Source: the human T2T-CHM13v2.0 reference genome, Homo sapiens. From it: 64,000 nucleotides of DNA. The translations under genes were made by a program, and so were the position numbers. The notes under the pieces were generated by a model, which saw only the letters and a list, made by a program, of their open reading frames with translations, searched no databases and was not told the origin of the DNA. Of the stretch, positions 12,971 to 28,449 are shown in pieces; position 1 is the first letter of the stretch; the number at the start of each line of letters is the position of its first letter. The stretch is taken from NCBI RefSeq assembly GCF_009914755.1, contig NC_060929.1; one strand, given 5' to 3'.

Positions 12971-15009
12971 ATTCACCCCTGTGGTTATTTGGAGGCCTGG
13001 CGTGTCTGTTCTTCTAGACTGTATCCTGTCTTCTAGGGAGCCTAGAGTCAAATTGAGGATCACACCTAGCAAGCTACAGAATTTTACAGGCTGTAATTTG
13101 GGTGTTAATTTTATTCCTAGCTTCACCTTATGTTTCTTGTCCTCATTTTATTTCTTTCCTGATTTCTTCACCAGCTTATTCTGAGTTTCATTTTATCTCA
13201 TTTGTAAGATTTGCATTTCTGTAAACCACCTCAATCCTTTTCAGGCTGAAAAGCAAATAAATAAATACATGAAAATAAAATTAAATGCTAGATTTTAAGT
13301 TCCTTCAAGGTAAGATCCAACTTTGTTTATCTAAGCATTTTCTGCAGGTCCCAGCTCTAGAACCCAGGAAAATGTATCTTAAATGTATTTGAAGTGAAAT
13401 CTCCGGATCCTGAGGATTAAGAAGTGTCAGGCATAGGGAAGTGTTCGGTGGTGTGGCTGTGCCCAAAATTTCTATGGAGGGGGGTGCAGCAGAAGGTGGT
13501 GGGGGTGGTGCCTGCTCTTTTCTTACCAGAGAGAATAAAATAAAACATTTTGCTGCAGCAGAAAAGAATTCACTTTTCCGTCCTGCTTTCTGGAGAGCTG
13601 AATATTTTACCTGCAGCAACATTCTGAATTTCTTGTGGAGACTCAAAATGGTGTCTGAAAAACTATTTTTGAGGCTTTTAGTTACCCAGGAAAAACCAAG
13701 GTGCTGACTGCCAAGAAGGGCTGGAGTTGTCTTTTATTACATCCTTTGTGGCTTACAGGTTTGTGGCTCCTTGGTGTGAAGGAGCAGAATGCAGTGCAAG
13801 CCACCCTCTCAGCTTGCTCCATGCTGTGCCCTCCTCTGAGAATAATTTAGGACTTATTTTCTTCCATTGTTAAGCATTGCTTGGTCGAAGCAGACACAAA
13901 TTGAGTTGCAATGCCTGCATTAATGCTCATTTACAGCTAGAATTAGGAAAGCAGCCAAGTTTGGTGGGCTGTAGAAGTGGCAGCTTCTGAGAGGGTGACT
14001 CTTCCCAAGGTGGCTGGAGAGAGAACAGGAAGATGAGCACAGAAAGCCATCTGACAGCACATCCTGCATTGTCTCTTTTCTCTTAGAGCCCCTCCCCCTT
14101 CTTCCATTCTCTCTCTGACATGATTCGACTGTTTTGGATTTCCAAAATCCTGCAGGCATTCATTTTTATCCAAAACATGTCCTGAATGTTCACTGTGTAC
14201 CAGGCACTGTGCTGGATCCTGGGGCAGTCATGAGACATAGGAAAGCTACTCTGATTGAGTAAATTTGTCATTTGGAGCATGATTGTTGCTAGTGTTTTGA
14301 GCACGGTTGGCTGACAGGGATCAGTAAACACCAAAATAGCCATACAGAGTAATTTGCATGGGGAGTATGGACTTACTATGTATGTATGTCTGGGTGAAGA
14401 GAGAGGAATACGGTGACCCACTTAACACCCTCTGTATTTAGTCTTATGCAGAATCAATATCTCAGAAAATAAACAATTGACTGAAATTCAGGTACAATTC
14501 CTGCCTATACACAGTCAGTATGGACTGGGCTGTCTCTTGTGGTTGTGCAAGTTTGTAGTTTTATGTGCAGTCTATCAAGCTCTCTTCCTCTCTCTATTTT
14601 TTGGTCACTCTTCTCTGTCTCTCAGTCTCAGTCTTTTTTCCCATGTGTCCCTCAAGGAAGGCAATTCCTTTACGTATTTCCTCTTCTTTTGAGCATCCTG
14701 TGTTGAGGAGTAGAGATAATCCCAAACGTGGTAGACAGGAACCATGGCAGTGAGTTCCAGTTGCCCAGACTGCCTACTTAAGGCTCGGATCAGTAAAGGA
14801 TGTTTCCTTTGGCATGGATGGAAAGAAGCTAGAATGTAGGATGGAAAAACTTGTAAGCTCTGACTAAAATCAAAAGAATATCTGTGAGTAGTGAGTTGCA
14901 AGTAATAGATTGTAAAATCTGTTCTTTTAAAGGATATTATTTACACTATTAGAAATAATATCTACATAAGCTTTAATCACACAATAATCAGGAGTTTAAT
15001 GCACACTGT

Positions 15010-15430
15010 TTGTTGATCAGTGTTTTGGCAGGAAAAAGATGAGACACTCAGGGTAATTCAGGTGAGCTGAAGAGATGGAAGGGGTAAGGAAAACCAACAA
15101 GGGGTGGTATAGCACTTTAGGGTTAGCAAGAGTTGAGCGATATTACCACACTTAGCCCTATGAGGTCAAGAGGAAGAGGGAGTTACTGAAACCTAGAGAA
15201 AGTAGGGGCTATCCAGTAGGAGCTCTGGCCTTTGAGAGAGAGAGATCTTGCAAGAAGGAGTCCAAAAAATACTCTGACCTCACTCTGATTTCTTGCTGGT
15301 GCTTCCTATTGACTGAATTCACTAGAAGCCAGAGGCCAAGGAATTCTGTGAATTCAACTGATAAAGTCATCCCCCTGGAGCACCAAACAGGATGGAGAAG
15401 AGTGGACGATATCTCTGGAGAGGAAAAGGG
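15010..15430. mobile_element. Ancient LTR fragment (possibly MamGypLTR-like)
   Basis: 'gcaggaaaaagatgagacactca...ggaaaaccaacaagggg...ttaccacacttagcc' resembles recalled consensus; family uncertain. Confidence 0.4.
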
Positions 15431-18141
15431 AAAAAGATCCAGTAGTTCATAAAGAAGCAAAGTGATATAGCAAAATGGCAATTGGATTATAACTGGGAAG
15501 ACGTGAACTTTAGTATTGACTACCGTTTACCAGTCAGTCGACTTTGGGAAACACATCATCCTTCTGAACCTCAGTTTTGTCAGCTATAACATGGCAAGAA
15601 ACAGCCCTTGGCTTGTTATACCAATTGAGTGATGAGGTAATACTTTTAGAACAATGCTGTTTGAAGAAAGAGGCCATTATGAAAATTCATTGTCAACACA
15701 TCTGGCATTTAATCCTATTTATTCTGTGTTGTGTAGATATAAATCAAGTCACGGTGAGCTTCTCAGATTTTATCTGTGGCTTTCTTCCAAAGCAAAAAAA
15801 AAAAAAAAAACCAAACCTACATTGACCTCAAACGGGTGCTTCCACCTCGGCTGTAATTTGTGCTCCATAGGTAATGAAAATACTTGTTTGATGTCAAAAG
15901 GAAGTACGCCAAACTGTCATTAAGGTAGAATTGAAAGGTTAACTCCACCACATGCCTCTTTTGAGTACGTGAAAGACGGTTTTTGAAATGGGAGCATCAT
16001 ATACCTCTTGGCTCCATTAAGGCTGAGGAGAGAGTAAACCATGCATGGGTAAGTCCTCTCTGTGTTTGTTAACATTTTAATTCAGTAGTTGGGCTTCATC
16101 TCTAGGAATTAAAAACTTAACTGTCATATCTTTATACCTCAGTGCATTAGAGATCTATTAGGGTATCTGTGCCACCTATGACTCTTCTCTGACTACTGCC
16201 TCAGAATGCCATGACAGCCATGTTGTTACTATGTGACCCAATAGATAAAGATGGTGGACACCTGGCCCAATGGTCTCTCAGCTAGGAAGCCAATCCTTTG
16301 CTAGATGTTTGAGCTTAAGTCAAACTTGAGAGCTGGGGTGCAATAATCTTCCACCATATTTGTGGAGGAAAGGAGGAACCAATCTACTAAAAGACAATGG
16401 GGCAGATGTAAAGGAAATGAGGTAGAAGAGACACCAGAAAACCCACAGTAGAGAGGGAAGGGACACAGTGTGAAGTAAGGGCATGAGAATGAGAGAGCCA
16501 ATCTCCTGGTTCCTGAAGGCTTTCTATTTCTCGGTTCCTGTCAGTTTGCAAGGCCTGACCACAGTGAGATTAGCTCTTCCCCAGCAGAGCTGTGTAGATG
16601 GGTTTTCTGATATTTGTAGTCGAAAGAACCCTAAGAAACACAGGCTTATGGGTAATGGACACCCTTGGGAATGTGGAAACCAGCCTGGGAAAACAACCAA
16701 TGGGCCTGTTTCTATCTGAAGAGCTTTCTTTATTTCCTTCTCTTGGTCCCTTCAGAGAAAACCCTGTACCCAGAAAATGGATAGTCATGGCCAGTGGCTG
16801 TAGGGCCAGGGATGGAGGGGGCGTGGCGGTGGGGTTCGGGCTCTTCAGGGTTGTGAAGCAGGAAATACTCCCTGCTGGAAACATAGAAAACCTCCAGTCC
16901 AGTGATTTTTCCAGTTTCACAATTACATGAAATTACCAATAAAAAGCCTTCCTGCTATAAAACAGTGTGAACTTATCTACCTCCTGAGCATATTTACAAT
17001 CAACAGTTTTAGAGTATCAATTACATTCTCCACACATTACTTCAGCCTCTCTTTTAAACATCCACACTTTATGACTTTGTACACTCAGAGAGCAACAACA
17101 GAAATTATCCTTTAATTAAACAAGCCAACCCCATACCTTTCTCAAGCACATGTGCACATTGACACATGTCAATTGCAGACAGGCCTTGTGGGGTTTCCAT
17201 TTGTTCCAACACAAGTCATTTATTTGTTGCATCATTATTTTTCCTAATAACAATAACAATTCCTTATGTGTTTATATACTTTCTCGTTACAAAGCATTTT
17301 CTCACTCGACTTATATAATTGTACCACGAAGTGGAGGCAACTGAGATTCTTCATTCTCTTTGATATTCATCTTAGCAATAGGATCTTCCATTTAGAAAGG
17401 CCTTACACTATGATGGGCACTGTGCCAAGTCTTTTCCAGGCATTTTCTTTTTTAAGCTTCCCCAAGGCTGATGAAGTGGGTATTATTTGTCACAATTACA
17501 GATTAGAAAACTGGGGGTTGAGCAACTTGTCAAAAGTTCACATAGCTTGTTATTGGTGGGGTCAGGGCTCAAAGCTAGGCCTGAAGGATCCATTCTTTTA
17601 ACCACTATTCACCAGGCCAACTTATTTTCCTTCAACTTACCATTTCTAGTCTTCTTGGCTAAGCAAACATTTCATTAAAAATGATTTTCTCAATAATAAT
17701 AGTTGCCACCTATTGATTATACACTCATTCATTTAACACATTTTTATTAAATGCCTTTTATTGAATTTGCATTGTGGAATATTTTTCCTATTTAACTTAT
17801 AAGTTCTTACAACAAATTGCTAAGTGATTACTAGTCTCATTTTATAGAAAAAGAAAACAAACTGTCAAATATTGTCTTGCCCCAGGCTGCTAAGTAACGA
17901 GGAATATTGGATTTGAACCCCAGATTATACCATCTGACTTCACAGCCTGTGCTTTTTCCATCCTATTAAAAAAAAAAAGGGAAACAGGAGTGGTTCACTG
18001 ACTTACCTAGATCTTCTAGGACTCAGACTGGGTTCTCTCTAGTCCTCTTCCCATTAACTCCAGAAACTCCTTGTTCTTATTTGTTAAATGAATAAGTCTC
18101 AGTTGGGGAAAGCTAGAGGAGGTATTGTGGACCTTCTGTAA

Positions 18142-18451
<310 letters not shown>

Positions 18452-19359
18452 TGATACTACCTCTTTAGAAATGAAATGGGATGGACCAATGATGACACAA
18501 ATACAGGGCTGTGTGTCCAGTGAGAGGACTCAAGAATGTTCTTGGATTGGAAAGGTTGGATGGTTGGGGGTGGAGGGGAAATGGGCAGAGATGGTCAAAG
18601 AGGTGAGAAAAAGGTATAAAAGTAACAAGAAGACAAGAATGGGAATAAAGTGTCTTGAAACATGCAGGCTAAGAACTGTCAGTGAGTCAGCGTGAATCAA
18701 AGAATAGGATTCAGGGTGACAGAGGTTAGGTCAAACAAGCAATTTCTTCCATGGTTTCATTGGGGGCTAGAAATAAAAACCTAATCATTATCCAAACACA
18801 ACACTAACATGAAGAGGTGAAATAATTTATCCTTAAATAACAGGCTGACCTATTCAGAATTGTAATTTTAATGTAAGACTAACCTTTGAAAATAGATCAA
18901 GTGATATAAATTATTATGGAAAAGACATTCATCAGATAGATGGTGTCTGTTAGTAATTTTATGCATGAAGAGTTATCTCCTAAAAGTACAGTTGCAGCTG
19001 CCTCTGCAGAGAAAAAAATGAAGAACCCAGTTACCCTTTTGTGACATGTTCCGCTGATTTTAATCAGTATTTCTCCTGTCAAATGAAATGAAAAGACTGA
19101 AATATGATCTCTCCTGTGGATGTACACTCACTGCCTCCCACCTCCTTTGAGGCACCAGGAGTTTTCCTGGTGCTAAGGAACTGGAGACACACATTTCAAG
19201 CAGTTTTTTTTAAATTTCCTTCTGTAGGGGGAAAATATCTAAATCAGTTGGTAAAAGCACAAAACATTTACTGAGAATCTTCTAGCTACCTAGCACTAGC
19301 CTGACTGGGGGTGGGAAGAGGCAAAGTCTAAGACATTTCCTGTCCTCAAGGAGTTTAGT

Positions 19360-19600
19360 GTAAAGACCTGAAAGAAATCTGAATTACATGTAACTCTGCT
19401 GTTCCATTCACAGCTAAGTGAGTCTGGGCAATTTGGTGAGCCTCTCTGAGCCTCAGTTACTGTGTCTGTAAAATGGGGATGACATTGTTACCTATCTCAG
19501 GGGGTTGTTTTGAGGTGTCATGGAGTTATGTCTGGAAAGAACAGCTCTCAGTAACTGGCATATATTCAGCTATCTATAGAACTATATAAAAATATTGTTA
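19360..19600 (+). mobile_element. MIR SINE
   Basis: 'cctctctgagcctcagttactgtgtctgtaaaatggggatgac' MIR core. Confidence 0.75.
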
Positions 19601-20498
19601 CCACTGTTTATGTACCACCATCTCAAGTTGGGGTGAGGGTTGCTTTGTTTTTCACGCCACCATCAGCTCTATTCCTTTAGGTATTTAGGGTTCATCCTTT
19701 CTCTCAAGAAGCTGTAGGCTGATGATGGGCACCCCAAGCTGTTGAGGAAGAGGTTGCTCACATGAGTTGGATGGCGATTGAGCAATTTCTCAGAGCTCAG
19801 AGAGGTAATCCTCCTGCCGGCTGCACTCGTCAGTGGCAGTGCTTGGCCGGGTATCCCCTAGATGAAGACTGGGAAACCAGTGGTGCTGGTTTGGCTCCCT
19901 CTGGGCCCCAGGGGCAGGAAGAAGTTTGGTGCTTTCTCAAAGGGAGGCTTGGTCTCCACGATGCTGCAGACAATCACCCTCAAGTGGTTCCTCCAGGCCC
20001 ATTCCCTTCAAAATGCCAAGCTCCACTCACACATGCCCTCCAACATACCATCCTCCCCTTTCCTCTTAGTCCATTTAATCCTTATTTAGAGGATCACTAG
20101 CTGTAGCAATTTATCTTTCAAATCTATTTTGTTGGGGCACAAACTTTGTCCCTAATGCTTCAGGACTTAAATGCCTGAACATCAAAAAGCCTGGCTCTTA
20201 TGACTTAGAAGGTGGAACAGAAAAACTCAGAAACAGGTTCAGTGCATTTCTGCCCTCTCAACCATCCCTGAATGCAAAGCATACCTCAGGGTACATGGTG
20301 TTGGTGGTGGAGTGATCACAGGGTGTGAAGAAATTGGGAGGGTACATTCTGTTTATACCTCAGAATATTATCCTCCAGAACTCTTTGTCCCTTCTCCTGC
20401 TTCTTCATCCTCTTCTCTTTTAATGATGATATTGATGATGATGAGGAAGAGGAGGTCCATTTTAAAAGAATAGTAAGTAGGTTTAGAAAAGTGAATAC

Positions 20499-20943
20499 TG
20501 TGTCAATTGGGTGTTCCAGGAAAGAGATGTTGAGACTGAGATAGGAGCATGAGTGAGTGGTGACTCCTGCAAAATGTATAAGGAAAGGAAGCTGATGGAT
20601 CAGGGCAAGCTGTCAGATCAGCATGCCCATCTGACACCTATGGAAGGAAGACAGGGAGGGAGCAGGATTTGGGGGAGTGACACCCTCAGACCACAGTGCA
20701 TATCTGACAGGTGGAGAGCTCCAGAACAAAGATGGCCCAGTAGAGGATCCCCATGTTGAGCAGAAATGGCAAGGCCCTAGGATCTGTGCCATGTTTAGTC
20801 ACTGGCTTCCTACAAAAACATGGCCTCAGCTTCAAAGCTGAAGCAGATCCAGAGGTGCTGCCACTGCAGACTCAAATAACTCCATTCCTTATATTTCCTT
20901 TCCTGAAAGGGGATCCACATGGCACACCTCATGGCTGCTGTAC
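20499..20943 (-). mobile_element. ERVL solo LTR, LTR16-like
   Basis: 'gagctccagaacaaagatggcccagtagaggatccccatgttgagcagaaatggcaaggccctag' resembles LTR16-group antisense. Confidence 0.55.
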
Positions 20944-21103
20944 GTGCCCATGGATGTGTGAGCACCATGGAGGATGTCTGATGGAGGAAGAGCTCAGAGC
21001 TGGGCCTGGGGTCTGGTGTTCTGATTCCTACTCTAGGTTTCTCTTCACTCTTCCTTGAAACTCATGAGAAATCAGAGACTACCATCAGATGGTGTATAAT
21101 TAA

Positions 21104-21570
<467 letters not shown>

Positions 21571-22199
21571 TACAATTATTTAATTTATCTCACTTCTCTG
21601 GTAGTGCCAAATCCCATGCCATATTCCCTCTCTCGGGAGTTTTATACCCTCTGGTCAAAATCAGATTTCTGGCCAAGCAGATGCTGTTAAGTCGTGAGGT
21701 TTGCCAGACTTACTCTTAGGCTGAAGACCTGTGGATGACAAAGCATGCTTTCTCTTAATCATTTGGCCAGAGTCCAAATGATAATGGATGGTCCTTGAGG
21801 GAGAACAGCCCTGACTCAATATGCAACAAAAGTATAAGCTTCTCGCAAGGTCAGCTTAAAGGTAATATGAAGGTTGTGCTGGAAAGTGGCTGGGCTCAGC
21901 AGCATTGCTGGGGTTTCAGGGTAACCTGCCCATCTGTTGGCACTCAAAGTTTCACATGAGTCAAATTGAGGCTAAGTCTTTATAATGTCAACATATGCTA
22001 GGGACTAGTCGGATATCCTCACATCCTTGCATTTTAGTAAGAACAGTGATGATTAAAAAAAAAAAAAGGTTTGCTATTAATGGCTAAATCTTTATATTGC
22101 CAACATTTTCCAGGAAGCTTTGTGATATGGCCTTTGATGAGGACATTATTGCTTTTGTAGTAATACAGAAATTTAAACCTTATTAATAATGCTAATGAA

Positions 22200-22460
22200 A
22201 ATAGTGATGGTTAATCTTTTTACTTTTCTCCTCATACTGGGCAAGGAACTGTGCTAAGTGTATTTCCCCCCACTCTCTTAACTCTTGCAATAGTTCTAAG
22301 AATTAGGCAGTATTTATTTCACATTACAGATGAAGAACTAAGACTTGTGAGGTTAAGTAACTTGTTCAAGGTCTCATCGATGGTGAATCACAGAGCTTTG
22401 GGTGTGGATGCAGCTCTTTCTGATTCCAAAGCCCATGGTTTTATTCCTTATGCTATATAA
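22200..22460 (-). mobile_element. MIR SINE
   Basis: 'ttacagatgaagaactaagacttgtgaggttaagtaacttgttcaaggtc'. Confidence 0.75.
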
Positions 22461-23379
22461 CCTCTTAACTATTAGACTCCAACCAAAAATATATGGTCTT
22501 CTCAAGTCGTTTTATAATTGGCAACCTGAGGCTCAAAGTTAGTTAGTGGCAGTCTGAACTAGAACTTCTGCTCCCAGTTCCGAGCTCTCTCCCTTGATTA
22601 AACTGATTAAGCCAAGCAATACTCATGACTAGTGTGTGTCTTTGATGTGCCTTGGGAATACCAATAGGTCTTTTAGTTCTTTGAGGCCATGGTTCCAGCA
22701 TGGCACAGTCTCCTTGCTTTCACTGCATTTCAAGATTGCTACTTATTCCTTCATCAAGGAGTTCCTGAGTCTCTGGTAAATTGCTTTGAAACTGAACAAA
22801 GAGAGAAAATTACCCAGATGAGATATGCGTGTCAAACTGTCCTCATTGCCAGTATTTACTTTATTTTATTTTTAAATTTCCAAAGCATTTAGGGAGTAGC
22901 AGCTGTGGCTCACTATGCCACCAGTGTAAGATTTTTTTGTGTGTGTGTGATGGGCAAAAACACACCTTAATTGAGAAAAAGATTTCTAAAATGACCCTGA
23001 AGAGTGGTTCAAAACTTCTTGTATGCCAACACAGAAAACATTTGGTCGGGATCTCCTCTTTCCTTCCCTCCTATCCCTTTTAGCAGCTATGTAGTCTTTG
23101 CTTCTGTGCATTGTTATTTTTATCTGTAATTTTTGGGAAAGTGAAGTGTCAGCAGTTGAAGGATGACTTGGAAAGAGACATTTTTATTGCTTAAATGATT
23201 CCTTTCAGGGAGACAACGGAAGCCAAAAAGGGATCATTGCAAACCTAAAGGAGCTTGAGAAAATTTACACTCTTTAAGGTATTTTAAGCCTTCAGAACTA
23301 TTTTGAGTCAAAAGGCTTATTTGGGGCTTGTGGAGAGTCCTGTTTCATAAGAGCAGACTTAGACTCCAGACAACTGTTG

Positions 23380-23580
23380 AGGTGGTTAGGAATGCTGGCT
23401 CTAGAACTACACTGTCTGGGTTCAAATCCTGCCTCTACCAGCTGGGCAGGTTGATGTCACCTCCCTGAGCCTCAATTCCTCATCTAACAAATGGGGGGTG
23501 GGAGAGAAAACAATACCATATAAATAATACCTACCTCATGGTATTTTTGTGAGGATTAACTGAGGTATTTGTAAGTGCTT
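23380..23580 (+). mobile_element. MIR SINE
   Basis: 'ctgggttcaaatcctgcctctacc...ctgagcctcaattcctcatct'. Confidence 0.75.
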
Positions 23581-23584
23581 ATAT

Positions 23585-24015
23585 TGATTAAGGCTTCCTC
23601 CGTTGAAAACGACGAACACCTGACCCAAATCAGCATAAGCAAAAAGGCAATTTATTGGTCACCAAAATGCAAAAGTCTGGGGCGACGGCTGGATTCCAGG
23701 CTCAGACAGTGTTATCTGAACTTTGTACCTTTAATAAGATAGCAGTGGTAGTTCCAACCCCTGTTTCCTTTCAGGGAAAAAGTCATATTATTGGCTCTGA
23801 TTGGTTATCATGTCCATCTCTGAACCAATATCGAGGCCAGTATTCATTCATATATGATGCTCCAATTGTCATAGACCTGGGTCCCATAACTCACCCTAGG
23901 AACTGGGCTTGTATTCAGCTTTGAGAGAACCATGTAGCCTGAAAATGTGTGCATGTGATTACCCACAGGAGAATTGTGGTTGGTTACCAGAGGAGGTAAT
24001 CAAAACAGATAATTC
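23585..24015 (-). mobile_element. ERVL-MaLR LTR fragment (old MLT1-type)
   Basis: 'gcataagcaaaaaggcaatttattgg' and 'ctctgattggttatcatgtccatctctgaaccaat'. Confidence 0.55.
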
Positions 24016-24640
24016 ACCATGAGTGCTCAGCCTAGTGATTGCCTCAAGTTTAAATTGCTTGGTGAATGGTAGCTGGCACTATCATCATCATCATCAGCTG
24101 CCCATGAAGAAGGAAGCCCAAAGCAAGTGTCTCTGTGACACTTCATCAGTGATTATATTCCATACTGGGAATTAAGAGACCAGAATCATACCTCACCCAA
24201 ACAGCTATTTATTATCCACCTCCCATACTTCCAGTTTCTTTTGGGAGATATGCAACCTGGAGGCTGTTTTCCCAATCCTATGTTGCCTTCCTCACTCTCT
24301 TGCTAATTATTAAAATATAACCCATGCTCTGAAGGCCATGCCATCTATAGAATCTTAGGTGTTGTCTCCAGCCCCTTATCATTTCTTTCATCTCAGAAGT
24401 GCTACAGCTTTCACGGTCTGTACAGTAAAGCAATGTTAAGTGTGAAATCACTTTGCAAATTATAAAGTGCTGAAAAGCACTTTGTCTTCCGCTCAATATG
24501 TGACTCTAAAATATTTATGATATAATCATTTTATTATATTATGGTGATTGAGAATATGGAGCTTTGAGATCAGAACTGTCTCTTTCACTAATCTAATGTT
24601 GGAACCTGGGGCAGATCCTGAAACCTTAGCCTCAGTTTTT

Positions 24641-24968
<328 letters not shown>

Positions 24969-26009
24969 AGCCTCAGTTTTTTTATCTGCAAAGGGAGGAC
25001 AATACCATTCACTGGTATTGAGATCATGCACAAAAAGTGAGATAAGATCATGAGATAATGCACATAAAGTGTGTACCTGGAACTTACCACACTCTCACAT
25101 GCACACACCCTCATCTTCTTGTAAGTAACTTGGAAGCAGGCGATACATACCCACCCCACCATCTTTATCTCTGTCTTTGCTCCTCTAAACATTAGCTATT
25201 TATATTATAATTTAAGCTGTAACAACAGGAATCACTGACTTTACATAAATATTAAACATTAAAACTTTATAGCTAAATCAAAGGTTTGACTTAAAAAAAA
25301 TACAAAAGTTCTATGACTTTTTAAACTGTCAAGATCTTTACTTCTAGATCCAGGATTCTAAAAAATGCCAGATCAGGAAATGTTGGCCATGTTGGCTCAG
25401 TATTTGTCCTGGCATCTCACTCCCTTTTCCGTCTCTGTGAACGATGTGCCTAACCCTGCACCTCGGAAGTGGGTGAGGGAAGGTATACTGACAAATACCT
25501 GAGCGATTTGTCCATCCTGTGCTGTGGAGCAAAACGATGAGAAGTGATGTATTACAAAGGCTGCAAATGTTCTTCCCCTGGAAATGACATAAATACTAGA
25601 TTTTGCTGAAAAACGACATATGCACATTGGAGCCATTAAGAATTCTCACAAAAGCAGGGAAGCAAAGAGGTCTGCTAACATCCTCTTAATAAAGTCTGTT
25701 TTTTGCTGACAGGACCCAAAGTAAACGCACTTGGATGGGGGCTTACCACCCATTGGCAGGTTTTGGGAAGCAGCCAGCTTTCTCCTTAAGAGACGCAAAA
25801 GTCTTTCCCCTCCAGGTTAAGTAAGGAAGTAGTGTGGCGAAGGAGTTAGACTGGCAATCAGCAGGACACAGGACCAACGATCCGAGTCCAGGCTGTGGAT
25901 TCTAACAGTTGTGCGCCCTAGAGAAGGCATTAATATACCCATTTATATTTTAGTGATTTTTAGTTATGAGGGACACAAACTTACTGAAACCAGTTTTTTT
26001 TTCAAAAGA

Positions 26010-26385
26010 ATGGCATGTCACCACTATCTAGTTCCAGAACATTTTCATCATCCCAAAATGAATCCCCACATCCATTAAGCAGGTATTCCTCATTCCTCCT
26101 CGTTCTACTACCTGGGAACCACTAATCTGCTTTCTGTCTTCTTGGATTTGCCTATTCTGGGTATTTCATGTAAAGATCATCCTATTACCTGTGGCATTTT
26201 GTGTTTGGCTTCTTTCACTTAGCATAATGTTTCCAGGGCTCATCTGTGTTATAGTAGATTATCAGTACTTTATTCCTTTTCATGGCTGAATAATATTCCA
26301 TTATATGGATACACCACATTTTGTTTATCCATTCATCAGCTGATGAGTATTTGGGTTGTTTCCACATTTTGGCTATTATAAATAG
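26010..26385 (-). mobile_element. L1M (L1MB-like) 3' fragment
   Basis: 'ggcttctttcacttagcataatgttt...aatattccatt...tttatccattcatcagctgatg'; ORF 26215-26406 is an ORF2 C-terminal remnant (IAKMWKQPK). Confidence 0.85.
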
Positions 26386-28099
26386 ACTTGAATTTTGCTT
26401 CTTCATGAATGTGGGGGAAAGAGCTGTCTAGGTAGCTCTCCATAACATCTCAGCCCAGGTGGTCCATAGAGAGTAAAATAAGTGTCTGGTCTCAGTTCCC
26501 TGTTCCTAGGGAAGAGACTCTGATAGGTATGGTCATGTGGTGGCTGTCCTGTGCAGAGGCTGTGAGGCAGACTGTGGTGTGGGGGTGGGGCAGCTTCTCT
26601 TGCAGGGATGCAGGAGGGCAGAGTAGACAGGTCAGGCATCTCTATTATCGAATAATTATGCTTGGCTATCCCTTATCCAGTGTCCAATCTATGCCTCATA
26701 TTGAGCTTTATTCCTATTTTATGAATGAGTACATTGATGCCTGGGCCTCAGTTTCCTCAGTGCTGAAGTGTATATCCTATTGAACCTAATGAAATTATGA
26801 GATTCAATACAATGCTCAGAAGTGCTCCTAAATTGTAAGGAACCAGCTGTAGGATCCCATATGCACTAGTTGCTCATCTCTGACCCTCCCCAGCCACATT
26901 AATTATCTCTTCCTCCAAGTCCCCACCCTATGTGGTTTGCCCCCCTCCCACAGCCCTGGCTATGCTGTGCTCTCTGCAGTCTATTTTGTTGGCTGGTGTG
27001 TGAGTTCCCAGCTGCAAGGGGGGCAAGCAGTGCATCTGAGCACCCAGGACCCAGCTAGGGGGCCTGACACGCAGAACTTGCTTGGTAAATGGGAAGCCGG
27101 TGAAAGGTAGAAGAACTTTTGATCTCTTCCACTGCCATAAACAAACCCCTCATGACTCACAATTTCATTTCTCAGTCTGAGGGAGTGATGCCACACTACC
27201 TAGGCAGAAGTGACTGACAGTTTTCTCTCAGTCCCAGCTTTGTTTTCCCCATGGTGAGGCTACCCCTCTCCCATACAGTGTGAGGATTGCCAGTCCCTTT
27301 GAAAACCAGATCAATGGACTGACAAGCACTCTGGGCCTCAATATATGACAGTGGCCTCAATGGTTGCAGGGCCAGGAGATGCTGCGAAGTGCAGGAAGCA
27401 GGAGGATGTCTGCCCTGGCTGCCCAGCCCTGGCAGCAGCTGGACACCGAAGCACTACCCTTCCACGTGTCTGCATGAAGCTCCCTCACCTCACAGGAGCG
27501 CCTTAGGTCATGGCCACTTGGGCCTTGGAGCACTGTGATCCTGGCAGGGCTGTCATGAAACATGGTTACCGCATATTTAGAAGTGATATTTATCAGAGTG
27601 TCTAATGGGTAATTCTCAAGTCCCTCTATAGCTGTTTCCTCTTTCAATGACTGTCCAGGCGCCAGTCTTTTTGCAATTCCATGGTTTGCTTATTTTGGCA
27701 AACAAATGGAAATGGGGTCAGCTGATTTCTGTCAGAGCTGAGTGAGAAGTATCAAGAGTGTGTCTGCAAAACTGAACAGGAGAATGTGCTATTAAAAGCT
27801 GGTGTTCGGCTGCCAGTGAGCCTGTAGCTTTGCAAACAACTCACTGGAGACCAATACTTCACACAGTTCCTACTATCCGGGGTCTTTGTCCCCACCCTGT
27901 TCCAGCACACCTTTGCTGTGGTTGCCTTTCCCACCAGCTTTTCTCCCTCAAAGCCTAGCAAAGATATGACATCTGAAAGTAGCCAAGGTGAGCAGAAACT
28001 AATAACAATGGACATTGCATTTGGGTTTAAATATTCTGGAACTACTTGAAGGAGGAGGCCACTGGGAGTTAACCGGGATGAATGAAATATGACAGAGAA

Positions 28100-28383
28100 G
28101 GCTGGGCGCAGTGGCTCACGCCTGTAATCCCAGCACTTTGGGAGGCTGAGGCGGATGGATCACCTGAGGTCAGGAGTTTGAGACCAGCCTGGCCAACATG
28201 TTGAAACCCCATCTCTACTAAAAATACAAGAAATTAGCCGGGCGTGGTAGCAGGTGCCTGTAATCCCAGCTACTTGGGAGGCTGAGGAAGGAGAATCACT
28301 TGAACCTGGGAGGCGGAAGTTGTAGTGAGCCAGGATTGCACTACCTCACTCTAGCCTGAGCAACAAGAGTGAAACTCCATCTC

Positions 28384-28410
<27 letters not shown>
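28100..28410 (+). mobile_element. Alu (AluSq-like) with a tail grading into (TA)n to ~28444
   Basis: Full dimer; TSD core atgacagagaa. Confidence 0.95.

Positions 28411-28449
<39 letters not shown>

Noticed and set aside
19152-19173. Perfect 9-bp hairpin gcaccagga-gttt-tcctggtgc
   Set aside because: A couple of such stems are expected by chance in 64 kb; no supporting context.
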